A stretch of 64,000 nucleotides of DNA from Oikopleura dioica (GCA_907165135.1 OU015570.1:1054001-1118000), one strand, 5' to 3'. Shown: positions 1 through 13,111, counted from the stretch's first letter. Notes: generated by a model not told the origin, from the letters alone. Program-made: numbers and translations.

Positions 1-93
1 GAATTCTATGATCTGGAACTACATCGACTCGTTGCAGCACCGAAGGACAAGTACCCGAAGTCTGCCTGCTACTATCTTGAAGCCCCAGATCAA

Positions 94-2885
94 ATGACGG
101 AAATGGCGAAAATCATAGAAGCCATGGATAAGCTTGATGAAAACCTCAGGAAAATGATACGATTGAAGAAAATTGTTGAAGTGACACTTGTGAGTAAAGA
201 AGATTTGGATGATTTGGCGTACAAAGCAGAGAAGTGCTTAGAAGATCAAAAACAGAAGGCTCATGAGGTAAAACAACAAATGGATGTGACGTGCCTCTTT
301 GAGAATTTCGAAGCGGAACAGGCTGCTACATTGGAGAAGATTCAGCTCGAGGTGGTTAAGAATCAAACGATGTATGAGGAAAATATTGCAAATTTACGTC
401 AAGTCGTTCAAGAGCTAGAAGATGAATTGAGTCACGATACTGAGAGAACTCGAGAGTTGGAAGCTGAAAATCGGAACCTGAAGGAGAGATATCGAGAGAC
501 GCTGGAAAGGAACGGAGATCTCCAAGAAGAGCTACGGAGGAAGAATGATGAACGAGGAGAGACCTTCATTCAGAAGATCAAACGTCAAATTACTCCAACC
601 CGCAAAGCACCTGGTGTTGCGTCAGTAGGGCAATCAACTCCGGTTGAACCGACGACGCAGAGAGTCGGACAGACGAGCGACCCTGCGCGAACCGCGACCG
701 CAGTGTCGACGCAACAACCAATCAGTGGCACAATTAGTGGTGCAATTAGTGGTCAACCGCAAGACGGGAGAAACACCAGGGTTCAATTCGAGAGACATCG
801 TGAAAAGGCTCGTTAAGAAATCACTAGCTTCCTCAATGATCTATCGGATAAAAATAAGAGTCTGAATGCTTCGATGAGGAGTGAAGCTGAGGTGAGGATG
901 GATCTTGATCTGGAACGACGTGGACGGAGTCGAGAAAGACGCTCTTGCGAACTGGCACATCAAACTTGATGTCGAAACTCACCGGGTGGCCGTAATCAGG
1001 CGCGGAGTAATGAACGTGAGTCGATATGGATAGACGACAGACCACTCTCTCGGGATCGAAATCACCGTCCTCTACGTTACGCGCCTTATAAGGGACGACG
1101 TGAGGAATACCGGGATGAGTCGCGACCGCGAGAGTATGGAGACGTGGCTTCAAGAAGGGAAGTTGGAAGAATGCAAGAAAAATCCTACTTTAAAACATCC
1201 ATTAAACCTCCGACTTGGGAGAAGGGCTCATCTCATGCGCAGAGAATCAGCAATCTTAATGACTTTATCGACAAGTTATATGTGTTTCGAATGGTTACGC
1301 CGATGAATGACTATGAGATAATCTACTCAGCACTGGAGAAGAGTGACAGAATGGATATTTTTCGTGAGTTGACGCCTCAAAGCAGAAATAACGTTGACAT
1401 TTTCGTTGCTCACTTGAGAAGAGCGCATGAAGGATCAGCAATGAAGCAGCGAGCAAATCTTGATAACATCAAACAGGGCTCAACAGAGTCACCGCTGAGC
1501 TTCTTTATGAGGTGCATTCGAGAGTATTACCTTGCAAGGGACATGTCTCCGCCAGGACCAGCCGAGATCTATGATGACGACAGACAGATGGATCTGATCC
1601 ATCTTTTATGAGGGTTGAAGCAGCCGAGAGTGGCAGAACATGTTCGGCTGAATACGAAGAGAGTTGAATTTGCAATGCTTGGCAACTTAGCAAATGAAGC
1701 GGCGGAGGCAATGGAACAGACAACTCAGTACATGACGAATATAAGAGTCAACGAAGAACGAGATCCGAGGACACTTAAGTGCTTCAGGTGTGGCATGAAA
1801 GGTCATACAAAACATGAGTGCATGGCGAGCCCAAAGCAAAGAGGGCGATACAAGAGAAGTCTGAGTAGGTCACGCCGACAAGCTACTCCGTATCCTAAGC
1901 AATCAAACAGAGAGAACGACAAAAGTGCTTCGAGGAATCGAAAAGACAACTACGGAGACCAGAAGAGTGATCGTGATAAACGAGAGAGAAGCAATTCTCG
2001 AGAGTCACGAGGAGGAGACAAGACCGATCTCGCTCGCGGGATTTCGCCTTTACAGTTTTTATGGAATTTGTGGACATCAAATTTGTGGACTTTTTATAGA
2101 TTTTAAGGGATTTTCTTGGGACACATTTAAACAGGGAGGGTATCAAATTTGTGGACATTTTACAGTTATTTATGGAATTTGTGGACATTATTTGTCCCCT
2201 CGTTTTCTGAAAAATGTCCACAAATTTGATATAAAGTCCCAAAAAAATGTCCCAACAATCTTCCTTAAATTTTTTGAGAAGGAAAAATTGCTGATTTTTT
2301 CAAAAAATAATAGGAAAAACAACACAAAAAGGAAGCTTGGGACGTAAATCTTTACAAAAGTAGATTTTTGACGAAAAATAGCTCTTTGCATATAAGAAGA
2401 TTTCGATTGACATAAAATGTCCACAAATTTGATACCCTCCCTGTCTAAATGTGTCCCAAGAAAATCCCTTAAAATCTATAAAAAGTCCACAAATTTGATG
2501 TCCACAAATTCCATAAAAACTGTATGTCAATCGAAATCTTCTTATATGCAAAGAGCTGTTTTTCGTCAAAAATCTACTTTTGTAAAGATTCACGTCCCAA
2601 GCTTCCTTTTTGTGTTCTTTTTCCTATTATTTTTTGAAAAAATCAGCAATTTTTCCTTCTCAAAAAATTTAAGGAAGATTGTTGGGACATTTTTTGGGAC
2701 TTTATATCAAATTTGTGGACATTTTTCAGAAAACGAGGGGACAAATAATGTCAACAAATTCCATAAATAACTGTAGTTATCGGACACGAAGTACTTCGGG
2801 CTCGAGATACGGCTCAAGACGTTCATCAAGACACTCATCGCGCAACCAGTCTCGGGATCAGTCCCGCGTAAGACGCAATAAGTGA
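94..2885 (+). pseudogene. gag: gag of element 1 (coiled-coil N-terminus, capsid-like region, zinc knuckle, RS-rich tail), broken by stops, frameshifts and a MITE
   Basis: CFRCGMKGHTKHEC (CX2CX4HX4C) in ORF 1615..2106; removing 2053-2773 plus one TA rejoins RQDRSRSRDFAF-SYRTRSTSGSRY. Confidence 0.85.
2053..2773. mobile_element. TA-flanked (Tc1/mariner-type) MITE containing a second copy of itself in opposite orientation (inner copy 2163-2522)
   Basis: CAGT...ACTG ends, TA on both sides of outer and inner copies; blocks arranged A-B-rc(A)-rc(B) with TA at each junction. Confidence 0.85.
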
Positions 2886-2937
2886 CTTTACTACGACGAT
2901 TTGCATGCTGAAAAATTAACTGCTACTAAGAACGCTT

Positions 2938-3450
2938 ATGGAGAAAATGCCGAAGCTTCCGGTGGTCCTTGTGAAAGCAAGGCCTCCGGACGGTGAAAAA
3001 TCTTATGGAATCAACTGTGAAGCTCTCTTGGATACAGGCAGTATGATAGGCGCCATACATGAAGATCACCCTTTGGCAAAAGATGCAAAAACTGTGGAGA
3101 AGGAGTTGGACTTGATTGGATTTTCGAATCGGATCTCGGCTTAGAGCAATCGAGTGGTTCGACTTGCGATTGATCATTCGAGATCAGGTTCAAACATTGT
3201 ACCGGAAATCGAACTCTATGTTATACCAAATCTTTCGTTCGAACTCATTCTTCGTACTCAGTTTTGGCTGACTTCATTCTACAATTTGACCAAAGGTACT
3301 GCACCATGAAGAACAGGTGGAACAACTATGCTTATCGGCTGGGATTGCTCACAGATGAGACAATACGAGTACATCAAACAGCGGTGGAAGAGCCTTTTGG
3401 TGAAGCTCGGGTGACCGTGAGTACAGAACTTGATGAATCAGCCTGATATA
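2938..3450 (+). pseudogene. pol: Aspartic protease region of element 1 pol
   Basis: EALLDTGSMIGAI motif; stop at 3144 and frameshifts downstream. Confidence 0.8.
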
Positions 3451-3714
3451 GCATCAACCTGATAGGACTCACCATAGACTCCATGGTGACATAATGGTCT
3501 TGAGAAATCCGCACACGACGTCTTTACGTTTGGATGAGAGTACTGTTTTCTTTGTTGCAGCAAAAGTGGCCGTGGAACCAGGACTCATTGCGAGCTTAAA
3601 AGAAGATCAAGCGTCAGAACCACGAGTGTAAAGAAATCGAACACGAAAACCCACCTCATATGAGAAGGCAGATGTCACTACCGAAGTTGGAGATGGAAAA
3701 GTTTGACATGGCTA

Positions 3715-4355
3715 GGGCCCACACGCAAAGAAAAATCGGTGACCGCATGATTCTATGAAAAAACCACCAATATAAAAAATGTAGCCCTTGAAATTATGGT
3801 CAAGAAAAGATGAAAAAACTGGAACGCGTAATTGTAAAATCTAGAGAAAAACGCGAAAAACGAACTTCCATATATGGTCATGAAATTTGACCGCATGCCC
3901 CTAGGCTACCAAAAATTTTTCTGAGGGTAGATTTTTATGCACTTATTACGATGAGCAAATAAAAACTGGAACGCGTAATTATAAATTTCGAGATATTCGG
4001 CTCTAAAGCCGAAAATTGGGGGCGCCCTGAGAATGTCTCCGAATGTCTCCAAAAATAACAAAAATGTTCTAGAAACTACGAATATCCGAATTTTGCCCGG
4101 ACGATAGGAGGCGTGTAAATGAAAGTGTTACCTCCCGATCAATGAGTTTTCTACCACAAATTGCGCGGAGCGCTTCATTCTAGCGGATTTTCAAAAGAAA
4201 ATCATTTTTACAGTATCTTACATTATTTTTTAGCTTATTTTTATTTTTGCGTATTTTCGAAAAAATCTCTTGAACATGTTTATTTTCCGAATTTCGGAGA
4301 CATTCGGACACATTCCAAGTGTCGCCCGAAAATTGGCCTCTTTGCGTGTGGACCC
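3715..4355. mobile_element. MITE with GGGCCCACACGCAAAGA-type TIRs, flanked by TA; second copy at 49425-49747
   Basis: Ends gggcccacacgcaaaga / tctttgcgtgtggaccc, both next to TA; near-identical shorter copy at 49.4 kb. Confidence 0.85.
4020..4327. mobile_element. Mutator-like MITE nested in the 3715-4355 MITE
   Basis: ~55-bp imperfect TIRs (gggcg...cgccc); 9-bp direct repeat GAAAATTGG at 4011-4019 and 4328-4336, single in the 49.7-kb copy. Confidence 0.8.
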
Positions 4356-4388
4356 TAGACATGGCAGGTCTCAATAAGGCTGAGAAAA

Positions 4389-4721
4389 ATGGCTATGGAT
4401 GTTATTCGCAACAATGACTCAGTCTTTTCCAGGTCGGAGTCAGACATTCGGCCTGGTTGTCGATACAATTATCCCTACAGAATTAACACCAGTACCGCGA
4501 GGCCACAACCACGGAAACCGATCCCAGTGGCGAGTGCACATAAAGAATATCTTCAAAAACACATTGAAGAGCTGGAAGCACAGAATGTGGTTGAAAAGGT
4601 ATCCAATATCGACATTATATGTGCCTCATATGTAATCGTCAAGAAGGCTTCGGGGGAACTGAGGGCGTGCCTAGACTTGAGGCCGCTCAATGCAGTTACA
4701 ATCAACCAACAAACAAACTGA
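4389..4721 (+). pseudogene. pol: Reverse transcriptase N-terminal fragment (gypsy type)
   Basis: YVIVKKASGELRACLDLRPLN matches the RT domain-1/2 pattern; sequence then switches to env-like coding. Confidence 0.85.
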
Positions 4722-4739
4722 ACTTCAGTCCCACGAGGA

Positions 4740-6730
4740 GAAGTAGACTGGTATTTGAGCCCAGAGGACAAGCCCGACCGTCGCAAGATCCAATCACTGA
4801 CAGAGATCACGCGCGTCAGAGGGATTTTCCGGGAGACAGACGACCAAGACACTCAATTCGTAGTCGACAACAATCTTCAAATATGGTTGAGAGCTCAGTT
4901 GAAAATATCTTGCTTCAAGGAACCAAGACGACTTTGCCGAAAAAGTTCGACATCGACGAAACGCTCGAGTACAACGATCAAAACGACAACTAAGACAACT
5001 ACTCTGCTGTCGACCACCACAACGACAAAGACTACCACGCCGACACCTGCTCCAACGATTGCATATTATCCGGGTCAATGAGTTCGACAAAATGACATGA
5101 ATACTGGTGTGTGCGTGAAAAATGGATCTCCGGTGGATGAAGGTATGGGAGAACTCGTGCAATGTGAAGAACCAGCGGCATGCTGCAGTCAATTTGATTG
5201 TAAGTATGGAGTCCAGCGTTCTATCGCGTCAGATATTATCAACTACGTCGCCAGCGCCTACAATGATACGACTCTGAAAGACACTCAAACCAGATTCTGC
5301 TTTGATGAATGGCATTCACGTGGCCGCAGAGACCTCTCATGGCTCAAATATTGGAGCCATGGGGACCACCTCGGTCCTGGATCAATCAACACAGAGGTCA
5401 GGAACCTGGGAACCACTGAGGATGCGAAGATGCAGGAACTGGCGCGCAAGATGATTAATGAATCTGAGCTGGACACTGCGATCAAGGCGACTTACTCCGA
5501 AATTTCCGTGTTAAAGGATCAATTATGCCTCGCAAATCAAGAGTCCGTAAACGAGCTGCGACTGTTGGAAATCCGGCTCGGATACTCTGATTTGCCAGAC
5601 AGAATTGAGGACGCCGTCCGACAGTGCAGTCAAGGGAACTTGCCTGGAGGAATTCATCGGAAGTTGCTCAAACATGCGTGCCTGGCGCTAAATCCAACAA
5701 AAGAGCAGGCATGCGCTTCGACGGAAATACTGGATTCCTTCAGCTGTTCGATGAGACGTGTACGAATTCTAGATGATCAGATTCTGATTGACATCCGAAT
5801 TCAAGTGCCGAAGTATGTTGATGGTTTAGTTGGAAAGCGATTACTCGCGTTTCCTTACCAATCAAAGAATCAAGGAACACATCAAGTACTGTCATCACTA
5901 CCGAGCTACATTGGTATGAGCGAAAAACACCTGTTTAAAGTTGACTGCCGTGAGGAAATATATCGACGATACACGATCTGCGACTTTGGAGAAGTATCAA
6001 TGGCGGTAAATGAGAACTAACAGTGTCTTTCCAGTCTGTTGGCACATTCGCGATCAGCTTAACTGTTCAGCAGATCTTCTCATTACAAAGGACCATCCTG
6101 TATCAGTGAGAATTTGCCTCAAGGATTGGCAGTTTGGTCAAGCAATCGTCTGGATGCATCTCACCGTACTTCGGGAACAAACTTGGCCGCGTGGTAGAAA
6201 CTGTCCCGGCAATGTTAACAACACTACAAACTGTTGACGGTGCAAGCATCGACTGTGACGGAGCCACTCGGGAAGAACCACCCAATGAGGGAAATTCAAC
6301 AATTGATACAGTCAGATCTGAGCTAGATCACATTCCATCCGAGAAGACAGAATCAGATATTCGAATGAGAGAAATGTCGATAATGAACAAGAATATAGAG
6401 CGGCTACAAGATAAGTGAAACCAGCACGAGAAAGACATTATTAAGAAAGAATCTTTCATAACTGGTCTGCTTAACTTGGACAGTAAGCATGAAACCACTG
6501 CAAAAGCGGTTGCTGGTGTTGTATTTTTCGTGCTCGTTATCATTGCCCTAGCGACTGGCTGTAAATGTTTGAAACATGTCTGCAAAGACGTTTACAGCAA
6601 GTGGCACCTTGGACGAAGTGAGTTGATCACTAATCGACTACATTACAACGCTGAGAACGAGAATATTGTTCGAGGCTCAACACTGTTACTTTGGACGCAA
6701 TTCTCTAACTTGATTGATCAAATGGACTGA
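4740..6730 (+). pseudogene. env: env-like ORF of element 1: Thr-rich stretch, Cys-rich ectodomain, C-terminal TM
   Basis: ORFs 4755..5081 (TTTT-rich), 5097..6020 (many Cys), 6476..6730 with AVAGVVFFVLVIIALATGC hydrophobic segment. Confidence 0.7.
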
Positions 6731-9539
6731 CACACCTAACGACTACGGATTTTCGCTCGACTACAGATCACTTTTCACTCATGCTGCAAACATCTCAATC
6801 TTTCCCTTATCAACGACACTCCGCTCTGATGCGACCGGTGACACAGTGCCGCGCATTGGCATTCAGCCACTGACAATCAAACAAGTTCAAGAAGAATATT
6901 CTGACTACAGTTATTTATTCAAAATGATGGACTAAGACATGCTGCTTCGAGTGGAGTTGCTGGATGAAGAAGAGGCATCACTTAAAATGGCTTTCATGGA
7001 TGAAAATAGATAAAGAAAGAAGCTAATCGGTGCACATGCAATGCTGACGACTCGTCAGTGACGAGGGCGAATTCTTGGTACCGTTCGACGAAATGGAAGC
7101 CGATATTCACCGATTTGAATCTACGAATAGAGAAAAGTCGTACATAATTGGATATAGTGACGGACCTTGAGCTACTCATGTCGCTAATCAGCTTCGTTTT
7201 GAGTAATGGTATGACAAGTTGACGATCACGAACTGTGCCCTCAAGGGTGAACCTGTACATCTGTACTGCTTTTCCACTGATTTGGAAAATCGACATGAGC
7301 AGCCATGCAATACGTCTGACAGGATCGTCACGATTTGAATGGGTAGATCGCCATACAATCTTCGAGAAAGAAGAATCAGATCTTCGTCCTCGAAGATGGT
7401 GCGGCGCTCACCCAACTGAAGTTGCCTCCCGAGGTACGATAGCTGGCTTGCGATGAAACTGTTGCTCGAGTAGGTCAACGTTTCACGCGAAATGCCGTCG
7501 AAAGGGTCAGCATCACCTTTAATTGATTAAAAATTGGTGGAGAAATGAACCTACCAAAAAATGTTCTTAAAGACATTTTTCTATTACTCGACTAAATAAG
7601 TTCTCTGTTCTAGAGATTAAAGATAAGGCTTCATTGTATCTGAATCTGTTTTCAGATCGTGTTTATCTAAGCCCGAATCGGCTTAATTTCGAGTCAAAAA
7701 TGGCCTAAAATGGCCTTTTTCGAAATTTTCGAACTTTGACGCCTCCTAGTGGAAGGTTTGCCTTGAGCAAAGAACTTCTCTGTACTAGAGAATAGCGGAT
7801 AGCACCTAGGCTATCCGTAGAGCTATTATACGCCCCAATTCATCAACCGGAATCGGCTGCCTTTCCAGTTGAAAATGGCCAAAACGGGGGGGGGATCCCT
7901 TAAGTTGCTTGGCCTTAAGTTAGGGTTTCACTGTTTTTGCGTATTGAATTTCAAAATTTGATCGTAATTTTGACAGAAGGTTATTTAGAGTAAATTTATT
8001 TTAACATAAAAATTTTTGATTCAAAATAATTTCTTGAAAAATTGATCTCGGCGATTTTAGCATTGCTTGAAAGTATGATTCACTTTATGGGCCCATGAAT
8101 CTAAAATATCCTGTTTCAGAGAAAGCCAAGACTACAATGATGTTTTTGTGCTCGGAGCTTTCAAAAAGACCTCATTGATAAAAATTGAAGCCAGCCTATT
8201 TTTTCGATTAATTTCTAGACCGCAAAACTTGCAATCGTTTTATTCAATTACATGTGATATGTGAGCAGGAATCGATAGAATAAAATCAGTTGGAGTGATT
8301 TTCAGATCTGCTAACAAGTCCCCATAAGACTGAAGGTATTTCAAGTCTTGGTTGACAATCTCGTGCTTGAGTTCCACTAGCCGCCCCATAACAGTTTCCA
8401 TAAGTTTTTAAGAATTAATTTTTCCTTTATGAAAATGATCAACGTGTCAGTAACCGATTTCAACTATGCTTAGGGTGTGCACAGTAAAAAATTCGGAAAA
8501 TTTTTTGAATCTAAAACATAACCCAACTAAAAGGTCCATTTTTATCGAAGGATCATTTTATTTCATTACAAGAAAGTCCAAAAAGCGCATTTTAACCTCT
8601 TTATTCACGTGACAAGGGCTGATTTAACATACTTTTGCCTGTAAATAAAGAGTGCCAAAAGGTAACCTCGTAATTTTCTTACAGTAAATAGGTGATATGC
8701 GGTCGATAGGAGACTTGGTCTCCTAGCTCACACTTTTACAAAGCGCAGTCACTGGGAGACTCTTTTCTCCCAGCTGAATTCTTACGAAAAATGCTGTAAA
8801 TAGGAGACTCTAGAATAAAGACGTGCTAAGGGCCGGGTACTGAGAAATGGGTCAATTGTTGCTAGAATTTGCTTAGAATTAGTCTAGAATAGGGTCGGCT
8901 AAAAATATTTTTTGATCTCCGATTTTTTGAAACCAGTTTCAGTGGATTCGCGGTGCTCAAAAACCTTAATAAACCAAAAATTGCTGAGATTCGATGTTCG
9001 GGTCTCATTCAAGGGCATGTTTCCAAAAATTGAGACTTGAATTTGACATAGTTGCTTAAAAATTAAATTCGCTATATATTCAAGGCGAATGATATATTTG
9101 ATGACAAAATATCAATTATAATTCTTATAATCAAATTATACAGGCAATGAACAGAAAAGAGATTAAAAACTCATGTACTATTTTTATGGAAGGGTGTTTT
9201 GTGACAATTCCCCTTTTATATGGATAACACAGGTATTTATTCATTTATAAATAAATTAAAAGAGATGTTTAAATTCCAAATTTTTGCTCGTATGTATGGG
9301 TATCGTCACTGATATTCATGAGAGTCTGATATCAAAGGATCTGTTGGTCTCTATATGTATCATAAAGAGGTCTTGAATGACCTTCAGCAATATATATGTA
9401 CTTTCTAGTCGTTCAAATGTCACAAAATGTCTTTTTGAATTATGCTGAAGTCATCGGAAGTCCTGCTACTGGAACCTTACCAATACCTTTGATCTGTAAG
9501 GTAATGTCTGTATAAGAAACCGTCAATGACCTCCGAGAT

Positions 9540-10076
9540 CAGGGGTCTGGATTTTGGCCAAAAATGAAAAGCGAAAGCGAAAATTTTTCAAAAATTTAAG
9601 GCGAAAGCGAAGCGAAGCGAATTAAAATTTCGAAAGCGAAAGCGAAGCGAAGCGAAAAATTTTTCAAAAAGCGAAAAAAGCGAAAATTTTCCGAAAAAAT
9701 GTAACTTTGAAAAAGTGTCCATTTTAAGTTCGGTTTTAATTTTATTTATTTTTCGGGCATTCGTACAATATAATTTTGTCAGTATTGGCTACTTTGAAAA
9801 CATTAAAATGATCTCAGTAAAGCTCTAAAAAGTGGAAGCTTATGTCAATAAGCAAAATTTCCACTTAAGCTTTCGCTAAATCTAATAAAAATAACAAAAT
9901 ATTCAACTCTTAGAACGATTTCTTTTGAGCGAAATTTCGCTTAAATTTTTGCTAAAAAGCGAAAGCGAAGCGAAGCGAATTGAAATTCCAAAAAGCGAAA
10001 GCGAAGCGAAGCGAATTCGCTTCGCTCTGCTTCGCTTCGCTCATGAGCGAAGTCGCTAAGCGAATCCAGACCCCTG
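9540..10076. mobile_element. MITE with CAGGGGTCTGGATT TIRs and internal GCGAA(A) repeats; related pieces near 11690-11760, 43344-43650, 45270-45330, 46010-47066 and 47260-47450
   Basis: caggggtctggatt...aatccagacccctg; 7-bp direct repeat CCGAGAT on both sides. Confidence 0.85.
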
Positions 10077-10171
10077 CCGAGATAACATAGAGTCATTTAC
10101 AGGGTTTAATTTTTTTCACCGTTCACCCCCTAACTAAATCTCTTTTAGAATGACCTTTAAAGTATCAGAAG

Positions 10172-10630
10172 CATAGTTGGAAAAACGTGCGCGTGCGTGC
10201 GTGTTTTGCGCACGCGCACGCACGCGCATCCGGGGATAAAAAAAGCGCATGTGCGCGCACGCGTTCGAATTGGAAAAATAGGGTTTTTTCTTCGGAATTT
10301 TGAGTTTTTGGCCTTCCTCAAAAATTTTATCAAATATCTGAAAAAAGAAAAATAATTTTTTGTTGTTTTCAAAGAGCCCTTGACTTGTTTTTATAGAAAC
10401 AAAGTCAATATTGAATAGTGTTTATACGAAAATATATTGAAATTAGCTCAATTCTAGCTGAAAAGACTAAAGAATTATGACGCAAACAGGTTCGCACATG
10501 CGCGCACGTGCGCGAACGCACCCGCACGCGGGTTCTGAAAATCTCTGCGCACGTGCACGCACGCGCACTGGGATTTTGAAAAATTCGCGCACGCACCCGC
10601 ACGCGGTTTTCGGGTGTTTTTCCAACTATG
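10172..10630. mobile_element. hAT-like MITE rich in GCGCAC/GTGCGC repeats (copy at 43746-44204)
   Basis: 15-bp TIR catagttggaaaaac / gtttttccaactatg; 8-bp TSD ATCAGAAG. Confidence 0.85.
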
Positions 10631-11129
10631 ATCAGAAGTCCTCAAACTGATACCTATCATCTGTTAGTCAGTGTCTGTATTAGAAAGGCTTAGTTAATGA
10701 TTTCCAAAATTGCATACAGTCATAGACACGGTTCAAGATTCACAAAATTTCTTTTTGAATAATCCTCAAAGTATCAGACGTCCTCTTATGCACTCTTCGC
10801 CCGCATTTTTTCTATTGTTTATTTCTAGACTTGCTCAAAGTGATTGCGTGAGTAGTGCATCCTTTACCAATTCGGATTCGTTTTTAAGAACTGTAGCTAT
10901 TCTTCTCTGACCTGCAAATCATTATTTCTTGAACTACATACTCCATTGTCTTAGCCGGGATTTTTCTTGCATCCAGCCTTAAAGAAAAACCATCCAAAGA
11001 CGTCAAATTCAAAGACGTCAAAAGATTCTGACGATCGCCTTTTCTCACTTCGAACAAGTCAATGAAAATCTTCTGATATGCAACAATAGCTCAACTTTCG
11101 CCTCATCTGCTGAAATTCTGTTCTCGTCA

Positions 11130-11345
11130 ATCTTATAGGCTATAAAAAGATTTTATCTAAGACTTTATTAAGCTTCTGCTCGGTTGTGAGACACATGAAA
11201 TCATCCACATATAACAGTAGCACATAAATTATGTGACATAATCTTCTTGATCTTCCATCAAATCAGCCATCATCAAATGAATAAAATACAGTTTTTTTCC
11301 ATCTTAAGAAGCCTTTCGAGATTACAAGGGCTAAGAAAAAGTCCT
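11130..11345 (-). pseudogene. Possible degenerate RT remnant (non-LTR or Penelope-like); copy near 44700-44920
   Basis: Minus-strand LLYVDDFMCLTTEQKLNKVLDKI around 11200-11211 with GLFLSP upstream; stops and frameshifts around it. Confidence 0.3.
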
Positions 11346-13111
11346 CTTAAATTAGAAATTTTCGAGTCCAGTCAGGTATAGTTTTTAATGGGATATGTGG
11401 CCATCAAATTTGTGGACATTTTCCTGCTGGTCAATTTTTTTCAATTTACAATATATTCTGACCAAAAAGCTCACTTTTTCTTGATAAAGAAAGATCGGAT
11501 TGAAGGCTGAAAGAAGGGCACAGAAACATTCTTTTGGTCTTGAGTTGACGGAGTAAGAAGAGGACGATCAAAAACGCTCAGAAAACGCAAAGGAAGAGAA
11601 AAAGTCAAGAAATAAAACTTCTCGAAAAAGAAGAAAAATTATTATGTGGACATTTCTGAGAAAGTCGGGGGACAAAATATGACCACAAATTCCAAAAATG
11701 AAAAGCGAAAGCGAAAATTTTTCAAAAATTTAAACAAAAGCGAAGCGAATCAAAATTTCTCAACTTCAACTTTATCCCTTTTAGCTCTCGACTAACAACT
11801 GTACATCATCGACGCCGTCAAAACCTCCCCTGATGTCCAGCTCTCCTTGCAAAAAAAAAAAACGAAACTTTTTACCCCTGTGCATTTTTCTATTTTCAAA
11901 AACATATCTACTGTTTTTCTTACTATTGTGTATCCCTTTAGTTACCAAAAGGTGTGCTTCTTCTCATTCTCCTGTGATTTATACATCAAAATTTACCAAC
12001 CCAAATTGGGGGAAGGGTGAAGTGTTCTAGTTTAGCTACAGTCCCTAGGCCGTCAATCATAGAGCCTATATAAAGCCTGATCAAAGCCCCCTTTAGCCCA
12101 TGTTAGTTGCTCCCCGCTGACTCTCACTCTTTTCGTCAGCAGTACACTTGAGTGATTTTGCATTTTTGCAAACTTTGCAGCCTCATAATTTCTCAACCCT
12201 TTTATAAATATTTTTGAAAAAAGGGTCCAAACGCTTGTTTATAACAGTTGTTTAACATATCTACCGCGATTATCATTCCTGAATGACGGACTCTCATCCG
12301 TCATTCAGTCGTTTGGACATTTTACAATGCAAAATTTGTCCGAACGAGCGAAAAGTGCGTGGGCGGCCCTGATTCTCCGGTCACTCAGAAATGATAATCA
12401 ATTTTGAGAATCATACGAGCATTATTAAGGTAAAACGGCTCAATCAGGGGTTCGCTGATCAAAATGTAACTTTGAAAAAGTGTCCATTTTAAGTTCGGTT
12501 TTAATTTTATTTATTTTTCGGGCATTCGTACAATACCGTTGCGCTCTCACTTTTGCGGCGGTGAAAAATCTCGATCTGAAGCCCCATCAGATCGAGATTT
12601 AGCGCGAGGCGTGTATTTTCTGAGACGTACAACACCTACCACACTCCCCGCAGATCAGAGCTTTGCCGAGCGCGCACCAATCAGAGCGCGGCGTGAAATA
12701 AGCGCCCTCACTCGGAAATAAAATGAAGAATAAGGTTAATTAAAATAAACGGGTTTTTTGACGGGATTAATGAATTGAAAACTTATTTTTTCTTAATAAG
12801 GCGCTTATTTTATAATAATCTTTCAATTATATAATATCATCATAATAATATAGTTACATATAATATAGTTTAAATAAATTGATCGATTATTAAACTAAAT
12901 TTTATTGGCTTTTCCACACTCAATCCCGGCTTCAACCACTTCAATATTTGCTTCAACAACTTCGATCCTAGCTTTACAGAAGTCAATCCTGGTCGTTCCA
13001 GCGTCAATCCCGGCTTCTTAAGATCCGATCCGGGCGTCACTTTCTTCAATTCTAGCTTCTCAGATGCCAGTCCCGGCTTTTCAGTTTTCTATTATTGCTT
13101 CTTGAATAATA

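Larger units (their letters stand above)
1..7500 (+). mobile_element. Degenerate env-bearing Ty3/gypsy LTR retrotransposon (element 1), internally deleted; LTRs not identified in window
   Basis: Ordered gag (CCHC knuckle), aspartic protease (LLDTGS), RT N-terminus and env-like ORFs, all with stops or frameshifts; boundaries approximate. Confidence 0.85.
9696..12455 (+). repeat. 2.76-kb duplication unit; other copy split as 12461-12535 / 26896-26970 plus 43343-46020
   Basis: Identical ORF-track entries at offset ~33574 (10157/43731, 10710/44284); junction at 12456-12460 has a 5-nt filler TGATC. Confidence 0.9.

Noticed and set aside
1895-2770. ORFs over the nested MITE and other AT-rich MITE ORFs between 41.6 and 55.2 kb
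   Set aside because: Low-complexity translations of inverted repeats, mirrored on both strands
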